Notes under the pieces: model-generated
Told to the model about the DNA's origin: nothing
The model's input: the letters and a program-made list of their open reading frames with translations, nothing else
The model's database searches: none
In this document: positions 28,481-37,678 of the stretch, piece by piece
How positions within the stretch are numbered: position 1 is the first letter of the stretch
Layout: each line of letters opens with the position of its first letter
DNA from: a virus
Taxonomy: Duplodnaviria; Caudoviricetes
Length of the DNA: 55,278 nt
Strand: one strand, 5' to 3'
Virus record (IMG/VR): IMGVR_UViG_3300033562_000464
Span: 1 to 55,278 of that record
Made by a program: the position numbers and the translations under genes

Positions 28481-28902
28481 TATCTCGCCTTTCCTAACCC
28501 CACAACATGTTCTGCTCGATGTAATATCCAATCTGTTTTTAATGGCAAATGATGCCCTGTTGTTCCATCCCACCCAATGAATACCTCGTGGAAAATAACC
28601 CGTTCGGCTATTGATGGATATTTAGCTTGCAAATCTACTAATTCCATAGCCAACTCATCAAATTTAGCATCACTTATTAAATTCTTATTTAACTCATAGT
28701 ATATGCAACTATGTATCAACATGTGATGTCTTCTCATTAAAATTAAAGTGGCTATATCATATTCGCTATCACTAAATAATGTCATGTCTTGCCTTTTATT
28801 TTCCAATGATTTAATAATACTATCAACCTTTTTTACGGGTGCCTGTTTTGGTGCAGGTGGCTTTGTTGGTTTACTAAATAATGTTTGCTGTATTGTAATC
28901 AC
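28480..28902 (-). CDS. Stand-alone NAD-dependent DNA ligase domain Ia-like protein
   Basis: HSCIYYE...ISDAKFDEL..EL..LQAKYP matches the LigA Ia motif. No adenylation domain. N-terminal QQTLF. Confidence 0.75.
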   Translation of the reverse strand: MITIQQTLFSKPTKPPAPKQAPVKKVDSIIKSLENKRQDMTLFSDSEYDIATLILMRRHHMLIHSCIYYELNKNLISDAKFDELAMELVDLQAKYPSIAERVIFHEVFIGWDGTTGHHLPLKTDWILHRAEHVVGLGKAR

Positions 28903-28909
28903 CTCCAAC

Positions 28910-28949
28910 TAATATATAATAAAAAACACCCACTTTTAAAGTAGGTGTC
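28910..28949 (-). promoter_or_regulatory. Class II promoter overlapping a terminator hairpin
   Basis: CTTTAA-N17-TATATATTA within GACACCTACTT-TAA-AAGTGGGTGTT-TTTT. Confidence 0.7.
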
Positions 28950-28960
28950 AAATATTTATT

Positions 28961-29092
28961 TTAGCCAAATAATAAAAGTGTAATTGTCAAAAACCCCCAC
29001 AATAAAGCAACCCCAACCACGCCTTTAATAATTAAACATGCTTTATCAATTGCTCTAGGAAACAGTTCATGTAACATTTCAAAAAAATTCAT
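28961..29092 (-). CDS. Small membrane protein
   Basis: Start MNFFEML, hydrophobic C-terminus. Confidence 0.55.
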   Translation of the reverse strand: MNFFEMLHELFPRAIDKACLIIKGVVGVALLWGFLTITLLLFG

Positions 29093-29679
29093 TATATAGC
29101 CTCCTTTTCCTCTATTGCACTTTTTATAATCCAACCAACCCACTTTATATCAGCCATCTTATTTTTTAGTTCTTCCATGCTTTCGGCTAATTCTTCTTCG
29201 CTATTAAATGGGCTAATGTGAAAATGGTTTCCACATTCTGGTCCTATCCCATAATGCAAGCTCACTGGGTGTGTCAATGTTCTACCACATTTCATACATA
29301 TTGAACTCGGCATCGGTTTCGCAAATAGTGCCATTTTAACCATTCCTTTTGTTTCATCTAAAATGTTACCAACCATAACTCTCATCGGCATCGGCACACC
29401 ATTGTTTTTTTGGTCATTAAATTCCCAACTCTTTGTCATGTATTGCCTTACCTTAATTCTGTATGTTATTGTGTCAAGTTGGCTTTTGTCTTGGGTGTTA
29501 TCCTGTGTTTTTATTGGTTGGTTGGGCATTTGCACCGCCCGTTCTGGTGCTTTTTTAAAGTTAAGTACTATTTTTACATCACCAGCAAAACTTTTGAGTG
29601 CTTTGTATGCCTCAGCACTATTATTATATACTACATCATTCACCTTTAAAGGCTTGTCCCAATTTATTAAATTTAGCAT
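29092..29679 (-). CDS. DUF6011-like zinc-finger protein
   Basis: CMKCGRTLTHPVS..YGIGPEC. Confidence 0.75.
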   Translation of the reverse strand: MLNLINWDKPLKVNDVVYNNSAEAYKALKSFAGDVKIVLNFKKAPERAVQMPNQPIKTQDNTQDKSQLDTITYRIKVRQYMTKSWEFNDQKNNGVPMPMRVMVGNILDETKGMVKMALFAKPMPSSICMKCGRTLTHPVSLHYGIGPECGNHFHISPFNSEEELAESMEELKNKMADIKWVGWIIKSAIEEKEAI

Positions 29680-29721
29680 AATTTAAACCTCCTTTTTTGG
29701 GGATACCCCGTGTATGATTAT

Positions 29722-29750
29722 ATTATATAATAATATATATCACTTTGCAA
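29722..29750 (-). promoter_or_regulatory. Sigma-A promoter, class Ib
   Basis: TTGCAA-N17-TATAAT, downstream of the recA terminator hairpin (29773-29792). Confidence 0.75.
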
Positions 29751-29805
29751 GCTTTTTTTTTTGAAAATAATTGCAAGGGCTTTCGCCCCTGCTTTTATTA
29801 TAATA

Positions 29806-30984
29806 CTAACTCATTAATAATACTAACTCATTAATATGGTTTAACAATTCATCAAACACTACCGTTTCCTCACGTAAGTAATTGAGCAATTTAGCTCTAC
29901 CTTGAAACTTTAAATCATTTCCATCAGCATCTTGCATAATAACACCATTTTCACAATCTTCCATGATATTAAACCATGAACCGCCTTGTATAATGTAGTC
30001 GTATTTAATAGCCAAATCAACCGTATCTGCAAGCACATCAATCCCATAAGTATAGTTAAGTGTGTAAAAACCAAGTCGCCTATCGGGTTTGCTGACTTTT
30101 GTTTTGGCAATGTCAACCATTACCAAATTCCCCGATGGTGTAGATGAATCTTTCATTTTTAGTTCCTCATTGTTTTCATCTATATATGTACCTTTTCTAA
30201 ATAACATTCTTAATCCATATAAATGTTTTAAAGCTCGACCACCTGGAGTATTATATAAATTATATGGGTTATTTATATCATCCCTAACTTGGTTAATTAA
30301 TATCAATGCAGTTTGGTGCCTTGTTAACAATGGGGGTATCCTTGAACTAAATATTGCCATCGGTCCCGAAACGCCTGCATAAGATTTCTTTTCCATGCTT
30401 TCATCATATATTGCTTGAGGCACAAGCATCGGCACACTATCAAGAACAATAAGTGTCACGTTCCCCGTCTTAACCGCATCAATAATTATTTGCAACACTT
30501 GCTCGGCTGTTTGGTCATTTGGTCTCAGTAGATAAAGCATATCGGTATCAACACCGTTAAGTCTTGCCCACTCTTCATCAAAAGTATTTTCCGCATCAAT
30601 ATAAACAACTTGTCTCGGTCCGTTTTCTTGTAGTTCATTAAGTTGTGTCTTGCATTGTTGCAGCTTTTTAACATCGCTTTTATTGTTCTTTGATTCCATT
30701 ATTTCAATTTGTGTTATAAGTTCTTGCTCGGTTTCATCGAACTCATTTTGTGCCTTAATTTGTGCTTGTTTTGTTATATCAATTGCTGAGGTTGTTTTGC
30801 CACTACCCTCTGGACCAAAAAATTCTGTTACCTTACCAACGGGAACTCCCCCATAAGTTAAGTAGTTCATTCTTGGTGAGCTAAATTGTACCTTGTCAAC
30901 TTTTAGCCTTGATGTACCTTTTACCAATATTTGGTCTTTGTATTTTTTGTTGATGTCACCCATCAACACGTCTAAATTATTCAT
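29806..30984 (-). CDS. recA: RecA/UvsX-like recombinase
   Basis: GPEGSGKTT, YIDAE, VLDSV, INQVR, TPGGRALK. Start reassigned to MNNLDV. Confidence 0.93.
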   Translation of the reverse strand: MNNLDVLMGDINKKYKDQILVKGTSRLKVDKVQFSSPRMNYLTYGGVPVGKVTEFFGPEGSGKTTSAIDITKQAQIKAQNEFDETEQELITQIEIMESKNNKSDVKKLQQCKTQLNELQENGPRQVVYIDAENTFDEEWARLNGVDTDMLYLLRPNDQTAEQVLQIIIDAVKTGNVTLIVLDSVPMLVPQAIYDESMEKKSYAGVSGPMAIFSSRIPPLLTRHQTALILINQVRDDINNPYNLYNTPGGRALKHLYGLRMLFRKGTYIDENNEELKMKDSSTPSGNLVMVDIAKTKVSKPDRRLGFYTLNYTYGIDVLADTVDLAIKYDYIIQGGSWFNIMEDCENGVIMQDADGNDLKFQGRAKLLNYLREETVVFDELLNHINELVLLMS

Positions 30985-31513
30985 TAATTGTTTCCTCCTC
31001 TGGGTAATTAATAGTAGTGTAAAATTCTTGTTTTCCAAAATTCAACGCTTCTTGGTGTGTTGGAAACCATATATCAATTTTAATGGTATCATCATCTACC
31101 CTTTTTATGGCACCACCTCTATCCCATGCTGTAAATGTGCCCCAACCATCTAGGTAAATAGTTGAGCCAAATGGGATATCTTTTGGTACTGCAATTGTCC
31201 ACCATTCTGCAATTTTACCGCTTGCTGTATTACCATCACTTTTTCCACAACACTTCGAGCAACTACAATAGGCTGTAGCAATGATTTTCACCCCTTTAAA
31301 AGCATTTTCATCAATAGCTTGTGGTAAATGTGCCGCAACCTCTTTTTCAACCATTGCAACCGTTGCTGGGTTGTATGTTGTTTGTTGGTATGCCACACTA
31401 ATTATCTTGCTTATCTTTTGTTCTTCTTTTGCTATTGGTGCATTTATACTAATACAACTTAATCCAATAATCACACCACAAGCAACAAAACACGAAAACA
31501 ACTTGAATTTCAT
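30977..31513 (-). CDS. Exported 3D-domain (MltA-like) cell-wall protein
   Basis: Signal/TM segment, then ATAY...TASG...TIAV...IPFGS...DRGGAIK...IDIW. Confidence 0.85.
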   Translation of the reverse strand: MKFKLFSCFVACGVIIGLSCISINAPIAKEEQKISKIISVAYQQTTYNPATVAMVEKEVAAHLPQAIDENAFKGVKIIATAYCSCSKCCGKSDGNTASGKIAEWWTIAVPKDIPFGSTIYLDGWGTFTAWDRGGAIKRVDDDTIKIDIWFPTHQEALNFGKQEFYTTINYPEEETINE

Positions 31514-31535
31514 AACATCACCACCTTTCCACTAC

Positions 31536-31580
31536 CAATATATAGTTAAAAGATGGCAGTATTAAAGTGCCATCTTTTAA
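31536..31580 (-). promoter_or_regulatory. Class II promoter with its -35 in a hairpin loop
   Basis: CTTTAA-N17-TATATATTG. 13-bp inverted repeat TTAAAAGATGGCA/TGCCATCTTTTAA. Confidence 0.7.
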
Positions 31581-31593
31581 AATATTGATATTT

Positions 31594-32103
31594 TTAATTT
31601 ACCCCAGTTGTTCCATGTCCGCCCCTATTAGAATTTCCAAGTACTTCAACTTCAATAAAATCAATTGGCTTCATTTTTAGCATTGTTCTAAATTGTGCAA
31701 CCCTATCAAATCTTCCGATTTTACCATTCCTTGTTGCGTAAAATGGCACAAACCACTCATCACCATCACCGCAAAATGAGTTATCAACCACACCGACACT
31801 ATTTGTTTGTATTAAACCACAATTTTTAAATAGACTTCCTCTTGGTGCAATATGTGCTTCATATCCCTTTGGAAGTTCCATTGCAAACCCTAGAAACACC
31901 CTAATAAAATCTCCTGCTTTGTACTCCGTAACCAAACCACCATCAAAATCGGCACCCTTATCAGCAAAGTGCCAAGCTTGTATAACACCATTAACTTCAA
32001 CCCGACTTGCTCTTACATCAATCCAATCCCCCTTTTCAATTGCTGTTAATTCAGGCATTCTAGTTTGAAAATACTTTACTTTGATACTAATCATATTAAT
32101 CAT
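31594..32103 (-). CDS. dut: Trimeric dUTPase
   Basis: WIDVRA, PRGS, GVVDNSFCG, DRVAQF, RGGHGTTG. Confidence 0.92.
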   Translation of the reverse strand: MINMISIKVKYFQTRMPELTAIEKGDWIDVRASRVEVNGVIQAWHFADKGADFDGGLVTEYKAGDFIRVFLGFAMELPKGYEAHIAPRGSLFKNCGLIQTNSVGVVDNSFCGDGDEWFVPFYATRNGKIGRFDRVAQFRTMLKMKPIDFIEVEVLGNSNRGGHGTTGVN

Positions 32104-32680
32104 TTACCCTTTCACGAAATTTAGTTTTTCTATCGTCGTCCCATTCACGTCTTGTGTTCCCCGTTGTGCGATTGCCTTCCATCCTATTAATGTCAAGTTC
32201 GGATATACGCTTTGACAACACTTTTCTACTTGCTTGACAAAGTTGGTCACATACATCAACTTTAGCCTTTAATTTTCGGTATGCCCTGTCAAATGCCACT
32301 TCAACCAAATACTCATTCAACGTATTGTTTTCGGCATAACTTTCTTTATCCCTAATTGTTCCATCGATTGCCATTACAGCCTCGTTAAAGGCTTCCATTT
32401 TAATCGCCTTTGCGTTATCTTTTTGTATACCCAAGTTTTCAAGCCCACTAACTGCAAAATACATAAACACAGGTATCCTTATTGTTATACTTTCAATTTC
32501 ATGGTCATCGAGCACATCTTTGTTATCTAACCATTCTTTTATTTGGTTAATAAATTCATCCAAATCTTTTCCAAACTTTGATACTAGTTGCTCAACTATT
32601 TTTTCAAGGGGTTTACTATTTTCCTCGGCTCGCTTTTTAATACCACGCATTTTATTTTCATCTGCTGTGTTCGCCACCAT
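32096..32680 (-). CDS. Helical hypothetical protein of the replication block
   Basis: Coiled-coil-like ORF coupled between recU and dut. Confidence 0.65.
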   Translation of the reverse strand: MVANTADENKMRGIKKRAEENSKPLEKIVEQLVSKFGKDLDEFINQIKEWLDNKDVLDDHEIESITIRIPVFMYFAVSGLENLGIQKDNAKAIKMEAFNEAVMAIDGTIRDKESYAENNTLNEYLVEVAFDRAYRKLKAKVDVCDQLCQASRKVLSKRISELDINRMEGNRTTGNTRREWDDDRKTKFRERVND

Positions 32681-33167
32681 CAACACCCCCATTTTTAGCA
32701 TATTTATTAACTAGATTAAACCACTCTTTATTGATATAATAATCCCATGTTACACGTTTCTTTCTACCAGTCAACTCAACACCATTTTCACAAGCTAAAT
32801 CAATGTGCATACTTTTTTCACCTTGTTTCTTCAAATCCTCAAACACAGTGATATTTACAAAATACGTTTTATCGTGCTCGCTAAAATGTACTAATATTCC
32901 AGCTATTGCACCATTATTTCTTTTCGCTTTTTCAAGTAACCCCGTCCATTGATGTTCGGTTATATTGATAAATGGTAGCCTGTTTCCTTTGTGTGATTTT
33001 AGCTCTAAATAATAAACATGTGGGTAATGGTAAACAATAAAATCACATATATTCTTAATTCCAGCATATCCACCAACATTATCATACAGGCGGTCAATGC
33101 TAACATCTTCCGCCTGTAATGCACTTTTTTTAAAATCTTCTTCAAATTGCTTTCCAGTGTATGCCAT
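32658..33167 (-). CDS. recU: RecU-like Holliday junction resolvase
   Basis: GKQFEE, CDF...LELKS, F.NITEHQ motifs. Confidence 0.82.
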   Translation of the reverse strand: MAYTGKQFEEDFKKSALQAEDVSIDRLYDNVGGYAGIKNICDFIVYHYPHVYYLELKSHKGNRLPFINITEHQWTGLLEKAKRNNGAIAGILVHFSEHDKTYFVNITVFEDLKKQGEKSMHIDLACENGVELTGRKKRVTWDYYINKEWFNLVNKYAKNGGVDGGEHSR

Positions 33168-33170
33168 ATG

Positions 33171-33953
33171 TCACCATTTACCGCACTCGGTTTTATAATT
33201 ACAATAAGTGCAATCCTTCTTGTTATCACTTTTTGGTGGTATGCCCCCACCATTAACATATGAATTGCATGTTTCAATCTTATTAACTACGAGGTCCTCT
33301 TTCATTTGTTCGGTAATATCAAATTGAAAAACTTTCAAATCGCATATATCCCGATTTTCATAAAGGAAGATAATACTATTAATGTTTAAACAGGTTGAGT
33401 ATGCTGCTACTTGCACCTTGTGGTCTTCAAATGGTTGAACTTGCCCTTGCCATTTGTAAAAACTTTCTGTCTTAATTTCAATGATATAATACTTTCCTCG
33501 GTATTTAACAATACCATCACACATAAAGCTCATGTTTAGTATATCATTGTAACATTTTGTTTCCATGCCATTCACAGAAACAACCGTTGTCCCAGAAGGT
33601 TTTCTTCTTCTTAGATACTCTTTTACACTAATCCATTCACAATCAAAACCATGTTTTTTCATTTTTGATATTGCATATTGGAGCTGCTCATGCCTTGAAG
33701 AACCGCTTGATGTTATACCAATATTAGTATATGACCTAGTTGTATCATCAGATTTAGCCCCCGTAACTTGAAAATACATATTACGCATACAACCCCCCAA
33801 TGAAGAGGGTTTGTATGTTTTGGATGCTTCACGACGTTCGTCATCGTTTTCAATTGTTTTGCATAATTCCATTAAAAACATGTCATGAGGTGGTTTGTTA
33901 TTGGTAACATTTTTGACCAACTTTGCGAGGTTTGCCAGATTACTCTTCGCCAT
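33171..33953 (-). CDS. Cas4-like PD-(D/E)xK exonuclease
   Basis: PSSLGGC, CDGI...IEIKT, QVAAY, C-terminal CTYCNYKTEC. Start reassigned to MAKSNL. Confidence 0.85.
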   Translation of the reverse strand: MAKSNLANLAKLVKNVTNNKPPHDMFLMELCKTIENDDERREASKTYKPSSLGGCMRNMYFQVTGAKSDDTTRSYTNIGITSSGSSRHEQLQYAISKMKKHGFDCEWISVKEYLRRRKPSGTTVVSVNGMETKCYNDILNMSFMCDGIVKYRGKYYIIEIKTESFYKWQGQVQPFEDHKVQVAAYSTCLNINSIIFLYENRDICDLKVFQFDITEQMKEDLVVNKIETCNSYVNGGGIPPKSDNKKDCTYCNYKTECGKW

Positions 33954-35046
33954 CAACTTCACCGCCTTCGGTTTCGGTTGTTTGTTCCTCGGCTTCTTCG
34001 TCTTCACGCATTCTGCAAAGTATTTGATTAACTTCGCCATCAACAAGTTTAATTGCAATATCATTTCCATAATGTAATTCAAAACTATCGGATTGTATTG
34101 CTGATATTTGGTCTTGCAACAAAACGATATTCAATTGGCATTGAAAATCCGTAAAATTTTCACTTTCTAAATATGGGGTTAATTCGGCACCACCATCATT
34201 TAAGTCACTAAATAGTAGACCATCTTTTGTAAAATACAATTGTATACCGTTTTTGTCATATGGGCTAACAAATAATCCCAATCTATCCAAAATACTAGCA
34301 ATTGCTGGCTTTGATATTTTACATTTACTTGGGTATTCAAATTCAAGGATGTGGGACAAATCTGGGTAATCTGTCAACCCCTCAAGCTCCGCCCCAAATA
34401 TTACAAGGTTGTCGGTTGTAAATAATAATTTTCCGTCATTGTGTTGCACTTTAATATCTTCGCTTGTTACACTGTTCATCAACACCGCTAGTTCTTGGGT
34501 TAACAACACGGGCTCATCAAATAGTTTAACATTGTTCATGCACATCTTAACCCCATCCGTTGTTGTAGCCATATCCCCAACATAATAACCCGTAAGGCAA
34601 GGCATAGACATGTCAGTTGCAAGTGATGCTTTATTAATAGCGAAAACACTTTTTAACACCTTTGATTTAATAACAACTTCTGGGGTTTTTGTGCTAAATG
34701 TAAATGTTGGGAACTTTTCGTTCAATAAAGGTATTTTATAATTCCCGTTCCCTTTTACCACAACAACATCGTCACCCTTTTCAAACTTAACAATTCCCGA
34801 TGTTGTTTTGCTTAATAACTTAATAAATTGGTCTGCTGGTACAACCATTTCTCCCGATTTACCAACCACATTATTTTCAATTGATGTAATGTAGTTATTT
34901 ATGTCTGTTGCGGTAATTCTTAAAGATTTTTTGTCGAGCTTGATGTGTATAAAGCTTGTAATTGGTAGGAGTTTGTTGTTGCCTACCCCCTTAGTGATTT
35001 TTGTTAACATTTCATTTAACTTCGATGTTTTAATTTCAAATTGCAT
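33940..35046 (-). CDS. dnaN: DNA polymerase III beta sliding clamp
   Basis: 368 aa. LPITS..I, ITATD, FP, P.LTG, TTDG, YPD, ILDR landmarks. Confidence 0.85.
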   Translation of the reverse strand: MQFEIKTSKLNEMLTKITKGVGNNKLLPITSFIHIKLDKKSLRITATDINNYITSIENNVVGKSGEMVVPADQFIKLLSKTTSGIVKFEKGDDVVVVKGNGNYKIPLLNEKFPTFTFSTKTPEVVIKSKVLKSVFAINKASLATDMSMPCLTGYYVGDMATTTDGVKMCMNNVKLFDEPVLLTQELAVLMNSVTSEDIKVQHNDGKLLFTTDNLVIFGAELEGLTDYPDLSHILEFEYPSKCKISKPAIASILDRLGLFVSPYDKNGIQLYFTKDGLLFSDLNDGGAELTPYLESENFTDFQCQLNIVLLQDQISAIQSDSFELHYGNDIAIKLVDGEVNQILCRMREDEEAEEQTTETEGGEVDGEE

Positions 35047-35746
35047 TTTGATTTCCTCCGCTAAGTTTATCCATTAAGTTGTTAAATCTTTCCAACTCGT
35101 CAGGTGAATTTGGTTCATAATTAGATACTATTAATGTTAACATGCTTTTATCAACACCATTGAGCTTATTTGTGTCAACCCAACCATCAACCTCAATGTT
35201 AAAAATCTTTTGTGCTGATAAATAATCACACAATGCTATAAATACTTGGTATGGTTTTTCTGGTAACGGTAAAACAACATTACTTTTATTATTTGTGTTC
35301 CAGTTTGACATGTGGCTTTCAACACCTTGCAATATAGCCTCAACTTGTGATGGTTTTAATATATCATAAACTTCTTTGTTGCCACGTAGATGTTCTGATA
35401 ATACCAATGGATGTTCATGTACTGTGTACTTGCTACCCTTTAATCCACATTTACAACCATCATGTAACATTATTGCTGAGCGGATACAATCCTTTTGAAA
35501 ATCATTGTAATCTCCAAGCGATGTAAATCTAAATAACTCCTCAGCAATTTTTAAAGCAGTTTTGGTGTGCCTTACCAACCCGCCCTCACCCAACGATGAT
35601 ACTGGGTGATATTTCCCAGTTGTGCTTGCAGGTATTACCCAAAAATAATCGGGCAATAATTCAAGAGCCCCAATTGTAAAACTACGCACATTATCATCTT
35701 TTATTAGTGCCAACTGTTTTTCAAAAATTTCAACTTCTTTTTTCAA
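35036..35746 (-). CDS. HD-domain phosphohydrolase (YhaM-like HD)
   Basis: PAS..GKYH, GGLVRHT, LHDGCK, SHM, CDYLS. Confidence 0.85.
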   Translation of the reverse strand: MKKEVEIFEKQLALIKDDNVRSFTIGALELLPDYFWVIPASTTGKYHPVSSLGEGGLVRHTKTALKIAEELFRFTSLGDYNDFQKDCIRSAIMLHDGCKCGLKGSKYTVHEHPLVLSEHLRGNKEVYDILKPSQVEAILQGVESHMSNWNTNNKSNVVLPLPEKPYQVFIALCDYLSAQKIFNIEVDGWVDTNKLNGVDKSMLTLIVSNYEPNSPDELERFNNLMDKLSGGNQNAI

Positions 35747-35774
35747 GTTTGTGCCTCCTTTTAATATTTGTAAT

Positions 35775-35806
35775 TAATATATAACAAAATATTGTATATG
35801 TTAAAG
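35775..35806 (-). promoter_or_regulatory. Class II promoter
   Basis: CTTTAA-N17-TATATATTA. Confidence 0.7.
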
Positions 35807-36304
35807 CCCCATGTCCATTATTTTAAAAAGGCCCCTAACCAAATTTGAAAGAGGTGCATCATCCGACCAAGAAGTTGCTGCGTTAAGGTTTGTCATAGCA
35901 ACGAATTTAATGTCGGGGTATGCCATATTTAAACATAGTATAGTTTCACCACTCCCAGTCGGCACTGCATAAATTGGGTCGGTTAAATCCCCCAATCTTT
36001 CACGAAACGCATTACCAATATCAACCATGAGGTGAAGTGGCAAGTGCCCACTTGTTGCATCAAATTCATTTTTAAATACTTTTTTTATTTCTGATGGTGT
36101 CCACCACTTATTCGCAACAAGCACCCCACTAGGGCTGATATCTATTGTATCAACCCCTGCTTCAATTAACTTTATGCTGGCATTGCCACAACTAAAACAA
36201 ACTGCCCTTTTAATGCCTGCATTCTTCATATAACGTTTTATCACCATTGACCTTATTTCTTTGGCATCAAACCTGAGTATTAATAACCCCTTAATAGTAT
36301 TCAT
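35801..36304 (-). CDS. Minimal fold-type-II (TrpB/CysK-like) PLP-dependent enzyme
   Basis: AKEIR (candidate Schiff-base Lys), FSCGNAS, VPTGSGET glycine loop. 167 aa. Starts 1 nt after the MTase stop. Confidence 0.65.
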   Translation of the reverse strand: MNTIKGLLILRFDAKEIRSMVIKRYMKNAGIKRAVCFSCGNASIKLIEAGVDTIDISPSGVLVANKWWTPSEIKKVFKNEFDATSGHLPLHLMVDIGNAFRERLGDLTDPIYAVPTGSGETILCLNMAYPDIKFVAMTNLNAATSWSDDAPLSNLVRGLFKIMDMGL

Positions 36305-36305
36305 T

Positions 36306-37262
36306 TTAATCCTCCTCTTCAACCTTAAATATTTTTCCTATTTGTTTAATATCACCCTTAAAAAACACTAGCACATTTTGATGTATTTTAACAATTTTTC
36401 TATTGTTCATGCTATTTTGAGCTCTTATTGATGCGGTTCCAATAGTATTGAGTAAAATTATTTCATTGTAATACTTAAACCCAATCTCTTTCATTAAGGT
36501 AATATTATCGCCAACAAAGTTTCTATATTCACCAGTTTTTTTATTTCTTATTTCGCCAACCTTTACCACCAAAAATCTGTTATCACTTAATTTTTCATAG
36601 CATTGCTGAAATATGTTTTTGTATTGTGCCATAAATTCCTCATACGTACCAACCGCACTCATATCTTCTTTGCTATAAATTTCTAAGTCGTAATATGGGG
36701 GGCTTGTAAAACATAAATCAAACCCACTGTCCTTGATAATCTTACTTAGGTTATTACTATCACCACAATAATATTCAATGTCTTTAAAACGTTTTGTCTT
36801 TTCTAAGTTGAGGTCAACTTGGTCTTGCCTAAACTCTACTGCGGTATAAGGGTATCCCAAAAATCCAGCAACAACCCCTTTAGTTTGCTCGCCACCAAAT
36901 GGGTCAAGTATTCTACCCCCTTCAGGGCAAAACCACCTATAAATTATTTCCGCCAATACTGGGTCAAAGTTGCTTGTGCCCTCATTAATATTATTAAATA
37001 ATCCTTGTTTACCAGAGTTTTCACCAAAATCACCAAATAACTTTCCGTTCTTTTTCCCACCGCCAACGGTGCCAAACTCGCCATTTCTTGTTTCACTTAA
37101 ATTTCCTGTAACTTTTAGCCAACGTCTTTTTCTGTCTTGCCAGTAACCTTGCTTTGTGTCCAATACACTAAACGGGGGTACTATAAACTTGTTCAGCAAC
37201 CCGAACGTCTCTTCCTTAATTTCAAAAAGCATTCCTTGTTTAACCTTTAATTTATCTTCCAT
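36306..37262 (-). CDS. SAM-dependent DNA amino-methyltransferase-fold protein
   Basis: FDPVLAE..YRWF, ILDPFGGEQTKG (variant motif I), FTSPPY (motif IV), HQNVLVF.KG. Confidence 0.85.
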   Translation of the reverse strand: MEDKLKVKQGMLFEIKEETFGLLNKFIVPPFSVLDTKQGYWQDRKRRWLKVTGNLSETRNGEFGTVGGGKKNGKLFGDFGENSGKQGLFNNINEGTSNFDPVLAEIIYRWFCPEGGRILDPFGGEQTKGVVAGFLGYPYTAVEFRQDQVDLNLEKTKRFKDIEYYCGDSNNLSKIIKDSGFDLCFTSPPYYDLEIYSKEDMSAVGTYEEFMAQYKNIFQQCYEKLSDNRFLVVKVGEIRNKKTGEYRNFVGDNITLMKEIGFKYYNEIILLNTIGTASIRAQNSMNNRKIVKIHQNVLVFFKGDIKQIGKIFKVEEED

Positions 37263-37285
37263 GAAGACCTCCTAGTTTATTTGAG

Positions 37286-37317
37286 TGACGTATAGTTTAT
37301 TATTGCTTTTATTAAAG
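37286..37317 (-). promoter_or_regulatory. Class II promoter variant for the MTase-PLP pair
   Basis: CTTTAA-N17-TATACGTCA. Confidence 0.5.
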
Positions 37318-37322
37318 TAACA

Positions 37323-37652
37323 TCAATGATTTTTGTTCATGCCAAGAATATCACCAGTGTTTCTTCCCACCGCAACACTTCTATCATCCCACAATTCAAT
37401 CATTTTAAAATCTTTGATATTGGTTACAGGTAAAACACATCCAATATTATCAGCACACCACGCTTCTATAATTTTTATTTGTTCTGCCCCGTTGCCTACC
37501 CTTGCTGTAAATATGCGGACATCCTTACCACAATATATCCACTCCTTCACACGTTGAACCATTGGTTTTATTGGTTCACCAATATGCTCCATACCCTTCC
37601 AACCATCATAAAAAGCCAATGTCCCATCTAAATCAACACCAATCCATCCCAT
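37323..37652 (-). CDS. HAD-family phosphatase (PNKP phosphatase-like)
   Basis: VDLDGTL, IFTAR, TNIK, WDDR. Start reassigned to MGWIGV. Confidence 0.85.
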   Translation of the reverse strand: MGWIGVDLDGTLAFYDGWKGMEHIGEPIKPMVQRVKEWIYCGKDVRIFTARVGNGAEQIKIIEAWCADNIGCVLPVTNIKDFKMIELWDDRSVAVGRNTGDILGMNKNH

Positions 37653-37678
37653 ATTTCTAATCTCCTTTTCAATATTAT

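Noticed and set aside
33171-33953. Cas4-like gene as evidence of a CRISPR system
   Set aside because: No repeat-spacer array or other cas genes seen. Solo Cas4-like nucleases are common in phage recombination modules.
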